From the NCBI GenBank assembly GCA_049975385.1, contig JBNGDO010000005.1, forward strand, positions 1 to 59,296: a stretch of DNA of 59,296 nucleotides. Reading direction: 5' to 3'. Numbering within the stretch: the stretch's first letter is position 1; every line of letters begins with the position of its first letter. This document shows positions 44,393-52,476 of the stretch, piece by piece. The notes under the pieces were generated by a model that saw only the letters and a list, made by a program, of their open reading frames with translations, was not told the origin of the DNA and did no database searches. The translations under genes were made by a program, and so were the position numbers. Source of the stretch: Anaerolineae bacterium. Its GTDB lineage: Bacteria; Chloroflexota; Anaerolineae; B4-G1; SLSP01.

Positions 44393-45280
44393 TTACGTTG
44401 CAGCCGTGTCCATTGGCTTTTCATGAATAGAGCGCGAGCGACTCTGACGCACGATCACACTGCCTACCGGCGCACCCAAATCGCGCCCGATAACCGGACA
44501 TTTGACCTGCAAGAGGCAGAATACGCGCGGACCGGCCTCGCTCAAGGTCTCGTAGTTGGCCTGTCCCTTGGCGATGACCAACGGGGCAGCGGCGTAGATC
44601 TGGCGGAAGTCCTCGGAACACAGGCTCAGAATTGTACCGGGTGCATCGGAACCGTTGTCGATAAGGGTCGCGCACGTTTCTAGCCCCGCGGCCAGTGCGT
44701 CCCCACGCGTTGCGTCATTGAGCGTAGGGCCGCCTTTTACGACATAGGTCACCGGTAGTGTAAGTGTCTCGATCAACACACGATCGAAGACCGTCTCCCC
44801 GGCGTTGTCGGCCAGATAGAGCACGCGATCGGCGGCGTCCAGCGCCGACCGCAAGGCTGCCAGATCGTCGATGGCGAAGGGCGCAGCCAACACCCGCTCC
44901 ACCGCTGTCCAGAGATCGGCCAGTTCATCGGATAGGGCAAAGTCGATGATATTACCTGCGATGCTCAACCGTACGGCCGTTTCCAACGGATCGGTACTCT
45001 CGGCGACAAGGCCCTTGAGGCGAGGATAAAGCGCCAGGGCCGCGCGGGTGCTGTGCGCTTTAAGGTCGCGGTAAGGGTCACTATGCCCCATATGCTCACG
45101 CACGATGCGATGCACAGCATAGGCGATTTCCGGCGGCGTTTTGCCAGGCGGCAATGCCTGCAACAAAGCCAGGGTTTGTCCCATAATGGCATGCTGCTGA
45201 GCATCTTCCGCGCCTACTTGCCGTGCCGCTCTCAAGGCCTGGCTCAGGAAACAGGGATAACAATCGAGGTAAGTGCGCAT
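44393..45280 (-). CDS. DUF89 (ARMT1-like damage-control phosphatase) family protein
   Basis: MRTYLDCYPCFLSQAL N-terminus and a LADNAGETVFD motif. Confidence 0.7.
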   Translation of the reverse strand: MRTYLDCYPCFLSQALRAARQVGAEDAQQHAIMGQTLALLQALPPGKTPPEIAYAVHRIVREHMGHSDPYRDLKAHSTRAALALYPRLKGLVAESTDPLETAVRLSIAGNIIDFALSDELADLWTAVERVLAAPFAIDDLAALRSALDAADRVLYLADNAGETVFDRVLIETLTLPVTYVVKGGPTLNDATRGDALAAGLETCATLIDNGSDAPGTILSLCSEDFRQIYAAAPLVIAKGQANYETLSEAGPRVFCLLQVKCPVIGRDLGAPVGSVIVRQSRSRSIHEKPMDTAAT

Positions 45281-46344
45281 CAGACGTTCTCTGGTACCTG
45301 TGGGGCGTACGCGGTCGCGCCGGTACTCTGATAGAGCACGCCCGTATCGGTCAACGTTGTCTGCAAGGCGGAAGCGACCAGCCCGCGCAGGTCTTCCACC
45401 GCCATCTGCACCCGCGCGTTAATCAGAACGGTCACGGGTGCGCACAGACGTTCAGGGAGATCGTTCTCCCATATCGTATCCTCATCCAACGTTGTGAAAC
45501 TGAGCTTGACGCCCCCTTGTGCGTCTCGGACAAAGAATTTGAGGTGAGCAACGGGATAAGCAACCTGGCGTAAACCGGCGAGGATCGTCGCGATCAAGCG
45601 GACGACCGTGGCGCGCTCCATGCCGGGCAAAGGCGTGAACGTTACCTCCTCATCCAGCCAGGCCAGTTCGGCAGCCCCGGCGATGTAGGGGCCGTAATCC
45701 AATGCCAACGCGGGCGGCAGAGACGGCGCGGCGTGTAAAAGTGCCAGCCACGGCGCGACCCCCTCTGGCGTTAGCGAACTTTGCAACAGCAGTGTCTTGT
45801 CGGGGAAGCGGCTGCACGCCTGTTCCAGAATGGCATCGCCTTCTTCTGGCAGCAGATCGGCTTTGTTGATCACCAGGATGTTGGTCTCTGCGAGTTGTTG
45901 CGCGAAAATGTAGCTGATGTTGTCGCTGAAAGGTAGCGGCAATCCCGCAAGGTAGCGGCGCAGCAGGCGAATATCTGCAAAGACGGAATAGGTGACGCGC
46001 GCGCCATCCTGCTCTCCCAACGCGCGCAGCGGGAGCAGCACCGGCCCAACCAGGTCCACGCACGAGCCAACCGACTCGGCAAACAATACCTCGGGGCGCG
46101 CCTGCTGCTGAAGTTGTGCGATCCGTTTCAGGAAGTCGCTGTAGTTGCAGCGGAAGCAGCCGCCCGGCACTTCGGCGGTGGGCACGTCAGCCGTCCCCAT
46201 AAAGGCGGTATCCACCTGGTAGTGGCCTTTATCATTGGTGATCACGCCCACGCGCTGACCTTCCGCCAGTAATGTCTTGAGCGCGTTAATGATCGCCGTG
46301 GTCTTGCCACTGCCGAGAAATCCACCGACGACGTGTAAGTCCAT
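45280..46344 (-). CDS. G3E-family (CobW/HypB/UreG-class) P-loop GTPase
   Basis: GGFLGSGKTT P-loop, GGCFRC metal-type motif, INKADL (NKxD). The start at 46344 was chosen because the longer ORF overlaps the upstream gene. Confidence 0.75.
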   Translation of the reverse strand: MDLHVVGGFLGSGKTTAIINALKTLLAEGQRVGVITNDKGHYQVDTAFMGTADVPTAEVPGGCFRCNYSDFLKRIAQLQQQARPEVLFAESVGSCVDLVGPVLLPLRALGEQDGARVTYSVFADIRLLRRYLAGLPLPFSDNISYIFAQQLAETNILVINKADLLPEEGDAILEQACSRFPDKTLLLQSSLTPEGVAPWLALLHAAPSLPPALALDYGPYIAGAAELAWLDEEVTFTPLPGMERATVVRLIATILAGLRQVAYPVAHLKFFVRDAQGGVKLSFTTLDEDTIWENDLPERLCAPVTVLINARVQMAVEDLRGLVASALQTTLTDTGVLYQSTGATAYAPQVPENV

Positions 46345-46346
46345 GG

Positions 46347-47228
46347 TTATACTTTTCCCAATCCCTGCTTCTGCAACATAGCCCATGCTGCCCGCAAGGC
46401 CTCCGCTGCAGGAGAGTTGCCCGCCGTAACCGGCTCGCCGCGCACCATTGCATCGGTGATCGTGGGATCGTAAAGCAAGCGTCCCACCAATGGGATGTCG
46501 TTTGCGGTGCAATAGGTGGTGACGGCCTCTGCCTGCACAGGGCTGAGATCGGCTTTGTTGAGTAACACCGCTGCTGGGATTTGAAAGTGTGTTGCCAGCC
46601 CCAGAGCGCGCTCCAGGTCGTGCACGCCGGAAACTGTCGGCTCGGTGACGATGAGCGCTAGATCCGCCCCGGAAAGCGCGGCGATGACAGGACAGCCGAT
46701 ACCCGGTGGCCCATCCACCAACAGCAGGTCGGCCTCGTCGTCGAAAGCGCGCAGCCGCGCCATCTGCTTGACCAGCGTGACGAGCTTGCCGGAATTCTCT
46801 TGCCCGGCGAAGAGATGCGCGTGGTAGAGCGGGCCGTAGCGTGTCGTAGCGACAAACCACTGCCCGGCGCGTTGCGGTTGCATCGCAATGGCATTAGCAG
46901 GGCACTCGTAGAAACACGCGGCGCAGCCTTCACAGGCGATAGGGTCTACGGCATAAGTGTCGCCTGGCACTACCGCATCGAAGCGACAGACCTCGGCACA
47001 GCGCCCGCAGGCGATACAGCGCGCGGCATCGACGACGGCGATCCTGCCGCCGGTAAAATCGTTCGTTTCTTGCGTGACGGGCGACAGCACCAGGCCCAGA
47101 TTGGCCGCATCCACGTCCGCGTCAGCGAGCACGATACGGTAATCCTGCGCTGCCAAATGCGTCAGCGCTGCCGTCACTGTCGTTTTACCCGTCCCACCCT
47201 TGCCACTTAGAATAACCAGTTGTTTCAT
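46347..47228 (-). CDS. MinD/Mrp-superfamily ATPase with inserted 2x[4Fe-4S] ferredoxin domain (COG1149 type), copy 2
   Basis: SGKGGTGKTT deviant Walker A. CIACGRCAEVC and CEGCAACFYECP motifs. Confidence 0.85.
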   Translation of the reverse strand: MKQLVILSGKGGTGKTTVTAALTHLAAQDYRIVLADADVDAANLGLVLSPVTQETNDFTGGRIAVVDAARCIACGRCAEVCRFDAVVPGDTYAVDPIACEGCAACFYECPANAIAMQPQRAGQWFVATTRYGPLYHAHLFAGQENSGKLVTLVKQMARLRAFDDEADLLLVDGPPGIGCPVIAALSGADLALIVTEPTVSGVHDLERALGLATHFQIPAAVLLNKADLSPVQAEAVTTYCTANDIPLVGRLLYDPTITDAMVRGEPVTAGNSPAAEALRAAWAMLQKQGLGKV

Positions 47229-47259
47229 CAGTACACGTCCAAGTTTTTTAAAAGATATG

Positions 47260-47949
47260 CTAGTAAATGTAAGGTAGCAGGCGCCAGGAGCGCTGGCAAT
47301 ACGTTTCCCACGCTACCCCGAAGGTCTGATGAAGAAGCGCTTCTTCATCGTGAATACGAAAGAGAACTATACCGAGTACCGGGATGAAGGCCACCAGTCC
47401 CACCCACGAGCGAAACAGCAGCGCCAGGCCCGGCGTCGCCAGCAGCACGCCCAGGTAGCGCGGATGCCGCAGAACGCCATACAGCCCGGTGGTAATCAGG
47501 CGATGATCTTTTTGCAGCGTCACGTCGGGACTGTAAAAACGGCCAAGAGCAATGCCAGACCAGAGCACCAGACCGAGGCCCAGTCCGACACCCAGCAGCC
47601 CCACCCAGCGCAAGACTTCTCCGCCGGACCACACGGCCAGATCGCGCCGGTCGGCAAAGGGTAGGAAAAACAAGCCGCCGTACATCGCCAGAATGACCAC
47701 GACTTTGACAATGGTCTGCCGCGTCACGCGCTGCCCGCTCTCGTCTTTCCCGCCATGGATTTGCCCTGATGAGATGATCGCGTGATAGACGACGCCCAAT
47801 CCAAGCAGCAGGGTCAATCCCGCGTAACCCGCGCGCGGCGCGCTGGCGAAGAAGCCCAGCAAATCGCCCAGTCCCCACCCCAACAACACGGGAACCAAGT
47901 AAATGATCAATGTGCCGAATAGAAAGCGCAAAGCACGTAAGTATTTCAT
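47260..47949 (-). CDS. ICMT/PEMT-like membrane methyltransferase family protein
   Basis: GLYGVLRHPRYLG motif and 5-6 TM segments. Confidence 0.65.
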   Translation of the reverse strand: MKYLRALRFLFGTLIIYLVPVLLGWGLGDLLGFFASAPRAGYAGLTLLLGLGVVYHAIISSGQIHGGKDESGQRVTRQTIVKVVVILAMYGGLFFLPFADRRDLAVWSGGEVLRWVGLLGVGLGLGLVLWSGIALGRFYSPDVTLQKDHRLITTGLYGVLRHPRYLGVLLATPGLALLFRSWVGLVAFIPVLGIVLFRIHDEEALLHQTFGVAWETYCQRSWRLLPYIY

Positions 47950-48443
47950 TTTTCGTCAAATCTCCGGTCCGCTTGATGGGTATGGACGTTCGCCTGTACG
48001 CGCTCTAACCAGCCCACATGGTCGGCTGCGTCACCATCAAACGCCGGGACGTAGGGCTTGAGATCGAGAATGGGCGTGCCGTCCACCATATCCACGTTTT
48101 CCAGGTGCAATATGTTCCCCTCGCATTCCAGCAGCCGCACCACCGAGAGGCCGATGGGATTGGGGCGCGCCGGAGCGCGGGTGGCGAAGACGCCACGGGG
48201 TTCGGTATCCATAAACGGCGTGACTAACAGTCGCGGCGCAGGCGCATGGTGGAAGTGGTAGAGTACGATCACGTGAGAAAAGCCTTCCAGGTCTTGCAGA
48301 CCGGGCGCGAATTCTGGGTCAATCTCGGCTGTGCCGCGCACGCCGTCCGCACCCGCCGGCTGGATAGGCATCCCGGCGACGTCGTTGAACGGCGTGTGCA
48401 AGATGCCGATGGGTCGGTATTGGATGAGGCGCGCGTTGGGCAT
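47946..48443 (-). CDS. TsaA/TrmO-family (UPF0066) SAM-dependent methyltransferase-fold protein
   Basis: GFSHVIVLYHFHH, RPNPIGLSVV and DGTPILDLKPYVP motifs. Confidence 0.8.
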   Translation of the reverse strand: MPNARLIQYRPIGILHTPFNDVAGMPIQPAGADGVRGTAEIDPEFAPGLQDLEGFSHVIVLYHFHHAPAPRLLVTPFMDTEPRGVFATRAPARPNPIGLSVVRLLECEGNILHLENVDMVDGTPILDLKPYVPAFDGDAADHVGWLERVQANVHTHQADRRFDEK

Positions 48444-48451
48444 TGACCGGA

Positions 48452-49429
48452 CTACTCCTCAGCCGCGATCACAAAGACTTGCCCCAGGCCGCTCGATAGG
48501 TAATCCGCGCCAAACGCCTCCGCGAAGGCGCGGCGCGCAGGATCTCCGGTGCAGTGGCTTGGGGCGATGCGTTGCACGCCGAGTTCCTGCAGTTCGGCAA
48601 TCGTGCCAGCGATCTGCGCGGCGCTGGCGCCGCCCAGATGGAAACCGCCGAGTGCCAGATACACGTTCTCATCTAGCTCAGTCTTCGCCTGGCGCACCAG
48701 CGTGGCGATGCCGGGGTGCGCACAGCCTGTGATAACGACTAGGCCACACGGTGTTTCCAACGCCAATGCCTGCTCGCGGATTGGATTGCCGAGTTCGCCG
48801 GTGGTATGCGCCCCTGCGGCGACCTGTTGTGGTTCTGTCACTTCCACCAGCGTCGCGCCGGCCCGGCGGACGGTATTCTTGATACCCGCCGGGAATGAGT
48901 TAGGCACGTACACGGTGACGTCCGGGTTTTCCGCAAGGAAGGCTGCCAGTCCGCCGGTGTGATCGCCGTGGGCGTGCGAGAGCACGACGGTGCGCACCGC
49001 CTGCGGGTCGAGACCAAGCGTGCGCATGTTTTGCAAGAGGATATCGCCCTTGCCGCCGGTATCGAAGAGCAGCGGGTGTTCCATGCCCTCCACCAGGCAG
49101 GCAAAGCCCCAATCGGTTTGTAAGCGTGGGTCGTGGGCCACATTGTCATAGACTACAGTAATCGTAAGCATTGTTCCGGTTTTCATAGGTTGCGTTCCAG
49201 GTGTTGCTGTGAAGGTTGCGCTTGGTGTCGCCGTGGGGGGTATGGCTGTTGCGGATGGCATCAATGTGGGCGTTGCTGTAGACGTGGGTACGCGCGTCAA
49301 GGTTGCCGTGGGAAGTACCGTGGGCGACGCTGTGGGCACGGTCGTTGGTGTGGACGTGGCGGGCATCGTGCGCGGCGCACAACTCACCAATCCCACAACT
49401 AAGCCAACAAGCAAAAGCCGCGCCCACAT
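48452..49429 (-). CDS. exported MBL-fold hydrolase lipoprotein
   Basis: Lipobox LVSC, an approximately 60-aa Thr/Pro/Ala linker, then LSHAHGDHTGG. The start at 49429 was chosen because the longer ORF overlaps the upstream gene. Confidence 0.7.
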   Translation of the reverse strand: MWARLLLVGLVVGLVSCAPRTMPATSTPTTVPTASPTVLPTATLTRVPTSTATPTLMPSATAIPPTATPSATFTATPGTQPMKTGTMLTITVVYDNVAHDPRLQTDWGFACLVEGMEHPLLFDTGGKGDILLQNMRTLGLDPQAVRTVVLSHAHGDHTGGLAAFLAENPDVTVYVPNSFPAGIKNTVRRAGATLVEVTEPQQVAAGAHTTGELGNPIREQALALETPCGLVVITGCAHPGIATLVRQAKTELDENVYLALGGFHLGGASAAQIAGTIAELQELGVQRIAPSHCTGDPARRAFAEAFGADYLSSGLGQVFVIAAEE

Positions 49430-49431
49430 TC

Positions 49432-50316
49432 CTAATCCCCAGTCCCTAATCCCTTCACTTGCTCCCACAGCGCCACGAAACGCTCGCGATATTCGGGGCG
49501 AATGGCGATAAGCGATTCGCCGTTGGCGATACCCTCTGCGATGGCGCGTTCCAGCGGGATGCGCAGCAGTATGGGCAGGTTCTCGGTGGCGCAGTAAGCG
49601 TCCACACCATCGTCGCCCACCCCGTCGCGGTTGACGACGACGGCGACGGGTAAGCCAAGTTCGTCGCGGGCCACTTCCACCGCCACCTGCAGATCGTGCA
49701 GACCGAAGGGCGTCGGTTCGGTGACGAGTAGTACGGCGTCGGCCCCGCGCATAGTTTCGACGACGGGACACGATGCACCGGGTGGCGCGTCGAGGATGAT
49801 GGGCCGCTCATTCGCCTCTGGTGGAATCGCCCACCCTTTGAGCTGGCGTATCACCGGCACGGCCATCGCTTCGCCCACATCCAACGTTCCATTGAAGAAC
49901 TCTACCTCACTCGTGCCCGCCTTGGCGACACCTTTTTCCAATATCCCCATCAGATTTAGCGTTTCGTGGATCGCATTCTCTGGGCATTGGCGCGTGCAAC
50001 TCCCACAGCCGTGACACAGTTCGGGGAAGACGAGGACCTGTTTCCCGATGACGGTGATCGCGTGGTACTCACACACCTCGGCGCAGCGCCCGCAGGCGGT
50101 GCAGCGCGCTATATCCACCACGGGGATCAACAGCCCCACATCGCGCTGCGCAGTTATCTCAGGGTGCAGAAACAGCGCGGCGTTGGGTTCTTCGACGTCA
50201 CAATCCAGAAAAAGGGGGGAAGAAGCGGGATGTGCGGTGGCAAGGCTAAGCGCCAGGCTCACCGCTACCGTTGTTTTGCCGGTTCCGCCCTTGCCGCTGG
50301 CAATGGCAAGTTTCAT
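49432..50316 (-). CDS. MinD/Mrp-superfamily ATPase with inserted 2x[4Fe-4S] ferredoxin domain (COG1149 type), copy 1
   Basis: SGKGGTGKTT. CTACGRCAEVC and CHGCGSCTRQCP motifs. Confidence 0.85.
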   Translation of the reverse strand: MKLAIASGKGGTGKTTVAVSLALSLATAHPASSPLFLDCDVEEPNAALFLHPEITAQRDVGLLIPVVDIARCTACGRCAEVCEYHAITVIGKQVLVFPELCHGCGSCTRQCPENAIHETLNLMGILEKGVAKAGTSEVEFFNGTLDVGEAMAVPVIRQLKGWAIPPEANERPIILDAPPGASCPVVETMRGADAVLLVTEPTPFGLHDLQVAVEVARDELGLPVAVVVNRDGVGDDGVDAYCATENLPILLRIPLERAIAEGIANGESLIAIRPEYRERFVALWEQVKGLGTGD

Positions 50317-50322
50317 CGAAAG

Positions 50323-50520
50323 CTATTCCCGGATCATCTGCGTGCCACATTTTGGGCACTGTTTTGCGGTGCAGGGCTGTCCGGGAACGTGCGGCTCACG
50401 ATGCCCACACGCCGGGCAAACACACTGGCCCCCCGGCCCAGCGGCTGTCCCTCCCATCCGCCCTGGGCCTTGTCCCTGTCCTCGTCCGCCACCGCCTCCT
50501 CGTCTGGTTCCACGTCCCAT
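50323..50520 (-). CDS. 65-aa Gly/Arg-rich protein with CxxC...CxxC zinc-ribbon
   Basis: The ATG at 50520 follows AGGAGGT. Sequence MGRGTRRGGGGGRGQGQGPGRMGG...CVCPACGH...CPKCGTQM. Confidence 0.55.
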   Translation of the reverse strand: MGRGTRRGGGGGRGQGQGPGRMGGTAAGPGGQCVCPACGHREPHVPGQPCTAKQCPKCGTQMIRE

Positions 50521-50538
50521 TTCGCTACCTCCTGAAAA

Positions 50539-50568
50539 TAGTCTGATAGTCATTAGTCCGATAGTCCT
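50539..50568 (-). repeat. TAGTC tandem array (7/8-nt alternation) in the 5' leader of the zinc-ribbon gene
   Basis: Plus strand TAGTCTGA TAGTCAT TAGTCCGA TAGTCCT. It ends 5 nt from the SD complement. Confidence 0.6.
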
Positions 50569-50628
50569 GCGATCATTTTTATGATCAAGACTGCGCCTCA
50601 GGTTTGGTGACACTTCTTTGAAAGCGAC

Positions 50629-51081
50629 TCAAAGTCGCACTACGACCGCCCGCGCCAGCGATGCCGTGCTTGCCGCCCGGCTATCGCCGAGATGACGGAC
50701 CCCACAACTTTGCTCCCCCGTGGGCGCAGCATATAGATGTCCAAGCGTGTTTAGCACAAGCGGTGCCGCCTGGATGGCCAATTGTGCACCGGCCGCAATC
50801 ACCGTCGCCAGCGGATTCGTGTCCGGAGAGGATGATACAGGAGTGGCCACATCTGTGGGGGCGTATTCCGGGACTTGCGTCTCTGTGGGAACAGCTTCGA
50901 TCTCCAACACCGGCTGTAACGCTCCGGCCGGGCAGGCCTGGATACAGGCTTCGCACCCTTCGCATAGCGCATCGTCCAGATGGGCTGTGCCTTCCACCAG
51001 GGTCAGCGCGCGGGTTGGGCAAACTTCGATGCATGCGCCACATCCGGTACAACGGGTCACGTCAAGCCATACTGCCGTCAT
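50629..51081 (-). CDS. 2x[4Fe-4S] ferredoxin with about 90-aa low-complexity C-terminal extension
   Basis: CTGCGACIEVCP and CEGCEACIQACP motifs. The ATG at 51081 has an AGGAA 6 nt upstream (the ORF-track start at 51105 is TTG). Confidence 0.75.
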   Translation of the reverse strand: MTAVWLDVTRCTGCGACIEVCPTRALTLVEGTAHLDDALCEGCEACIQACPAGALQPVLEIEAVPTETQVPEYAPTDVATPVSSSPDTNPLATVIAAGAQLAIQAAPLVLNTLGHLYAAPTGEQSCGVRHLGDSRAASTASLARAVVVRL

Positions 51082-51121
51082 TGCAGTTTCCTTTCGTTGA
51101 CTCAATTACAAAATCTAAAAT

Positions 51122-51496
51122 CTATTCGTGGCCGTGTTCGACGCTCTCCTTGCAGGGGGCCGCGCCCTTCAGGTCACCGCCCAGATAGCGGGACAATGAT
51201 GCGCGCACGGTTCCCGCCGCGCCGGTCGCCGCTTCGATGCCATATTGCCGGAAGAGGGCGACGGCTCGGCCACCCATTCCGCCGGAGAGCATCACCTGTG
51301 CACCCAGACTGTGGATGAAGGCGGGGACCTGTCCGGGTTCGTGCCGGGAGTAGTATGGATTGGCGATCGTCTCTACAGTGCATACTTCTTGCCCCTCGGT
51401 TTCGACCAGGGTGAAGTACGGGCAGCGCCCGAAATGGGGGCTAACCTGGGCATCCAGGCCATTGGTATCCAACACAGAAATTGCAATTTTCGTCAT
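51122..51496 (-). CDS. NifX/NafY-like (dinitrogenase FeMo-cofactor-binding domain family) protein
   Basis: KIAISVLDTNGLDAQVSPHFGRCPYFTLVE is typical of the family. Cys/His tail APCKESVEHGHE. The ATG at 51496 lies 6 nt after AGGAG. Confidence 0.8.
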   Translation of the reverse strand: MTKIAISVLDTNGLDAQVSPHFGRCPYFTLVETEGQEVCTVETIANPYYSRHEPGQVPAFIHSLGAQVMLSGGMGGRAVALFRQYGIEAATGAAGTVRASLSRYLGGDLKGAAPCKESVEHGHE

Positions 51497-51506
51497 CAAA
51501 GTCTCC

Positions 51507-51566
51507 TAGTCATTAGTCAGATAGTCGTTAGTCATATAGTCCTTAGTCGGATAGTCCTTAATCGGA
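51507..51566 (-). repeat. four tandem 15-nt units (paired TAGTC heptamer/octamer) in the NifX-like gene leader
   Basis: Plus strand TAGTCATTAGTCAGA TAGTCGTTAGTCATA TAGTCCTTAGTCGGA TAGTCCTTAATCGGA. The last unit abuts the SD. Confidence 0.65.
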
Positions 51567-51610
51567 CTGTCGAATAGTCGCAGGCACTCGGCCTTGCGGT
51601 AAATCCGAAC

Positions 51611-52420
51611 TCACCTACGTCCGCGGCGATGACGCCCGCCACCCATGCCCACGTGGCCAGCGCCAGGGGTTTCCAGGCGCGCCAACTGCCCGGCGTTGAA
51701 GGCCGCGATGGCCTCGCGCACGGTCGCGCCTTCCATGCGGTAGGCCGGGATGCCCGCCGCCTGGATGACGCGGAAGGCATTCGGTCCCAGGTTGGGGGCG
51801 ATCACGGCCCCCACGCCCTTCTGCAAGACAGTCTGGGCTGCCTGGACGCCCGCGCCACCGGGTGCGTCGATTGCCGGATTGGGCAGGGCCTCGAAGTCCA
51901 GCGTTTCGGGATCGACCAAAATGAACACTGGGCTGCGCCCAAAGATGGGGCTGGTCGGCGCATCCAAATCGGTGCCATTAGCAGGAATAACAAGTCGCAT
52001 CGTCATCTCCTCAGTTGTGAATGAATAGTCCGCCGCCGGAACGACACTGTCCGGCGCGAGTTCATCGTGCAGTGCTCGCAAGTATTCGAGCACCTGTTGC
52101 GTATCCTGGAGTTGTGCAATGCAACAGGCCAGCACTGCGTGTCCGGCAGGAGCCAGGGCATAGACGCGGCGCGGCGGACCTTGGGTCTCCTTTTCATCCC
52201 ACGTGGACGTGATCCACCCCCGCTCTTCCATCCCACGCAGCGCGCGATAGATCACGGTGGGGGCCAGGAAGTCCAGGCCGAACTCGGCCATACGGTTCAA
52301 AAGGGTGTAGCCATGGGCTGGAGATTGTTCCAGCAAGAGCAACAATGCCGGATCGAGAAACTGTCCCATCCGGCGGTTGCAGTCGCGTCCATTGCATTGC
52401 TGTCCCCCGCGATATCGCAC
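51611..52420 (-). CDS. PadR-family winged-helix regulator fused in frame to a NifX/NafY-like domain
   Basis: FLDPALLLLLEQSPAHGYTL...PRRVYALAPAG (PadR), then MRLVIPANGTDLDAPTSPIFGRSPVFILVD (NifX-like). No stop lies between them. The GTG at 52420 lies 6 nt after GGAGG. Confidence 0.75.
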   Translation of the reverse strand: MRYRGGQQCNGRDCNRRMGQFLDPALLLLLEQSPAHGYTLLNRMAEFGLDFLAPTVIYRALRGMEERGWITSTWDEKETQGPPRRVYALAPAGHAVLACCIAQLQDTQQVLEYLRALHDELAPDSVVPAADYSFTTEEMTMRLVIPANGTDLDAPTSPIFGRSPVFILVDPETLDFEALPNPAIDAPGGAGVQAAQTVLQKGVGAVIAPNLGPNAFRVIQAAGIPAYRMEGATVREAIAAFNAGQLARLETPGAGHVGMGGGRHRRGRR

Positions 52421-52437
52421 CGTGCACCTCCAAGTTT

Positions 52438-52468
52438 AGTATAGCATCTATTGCCAATCTGTCAATAG
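52438..52468 (-). promoter_or_regulatory. promoter of the PadR::NifX operon with overlapping 21-bp palindrome
   Basis: Minus strand CTATTGACAGATTGGCAATAG (52468-52448). The -35 TTGACA lies within it. A 16-nt spacer precedes the -10 TATACT (52443-52438). Confidence 0.55.
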
Positions 52469-52476
52469 AGTATGGG

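Noticed and set aside
45280-46860. Long N-terminal extensions of the G3E GTPase ORF (526 aa) and of the MBL ORF 48452..49771 (439 aa)
   Set aside because: The extensions overlap the upstream MinD-ferredoxin genes in another frame and are Arg/Gly-rich. The internal ATGs at 46344 and 49429 sit 2-3 nt after the upstream stops and give the canonical P-loop and signal-peptide N-termini.
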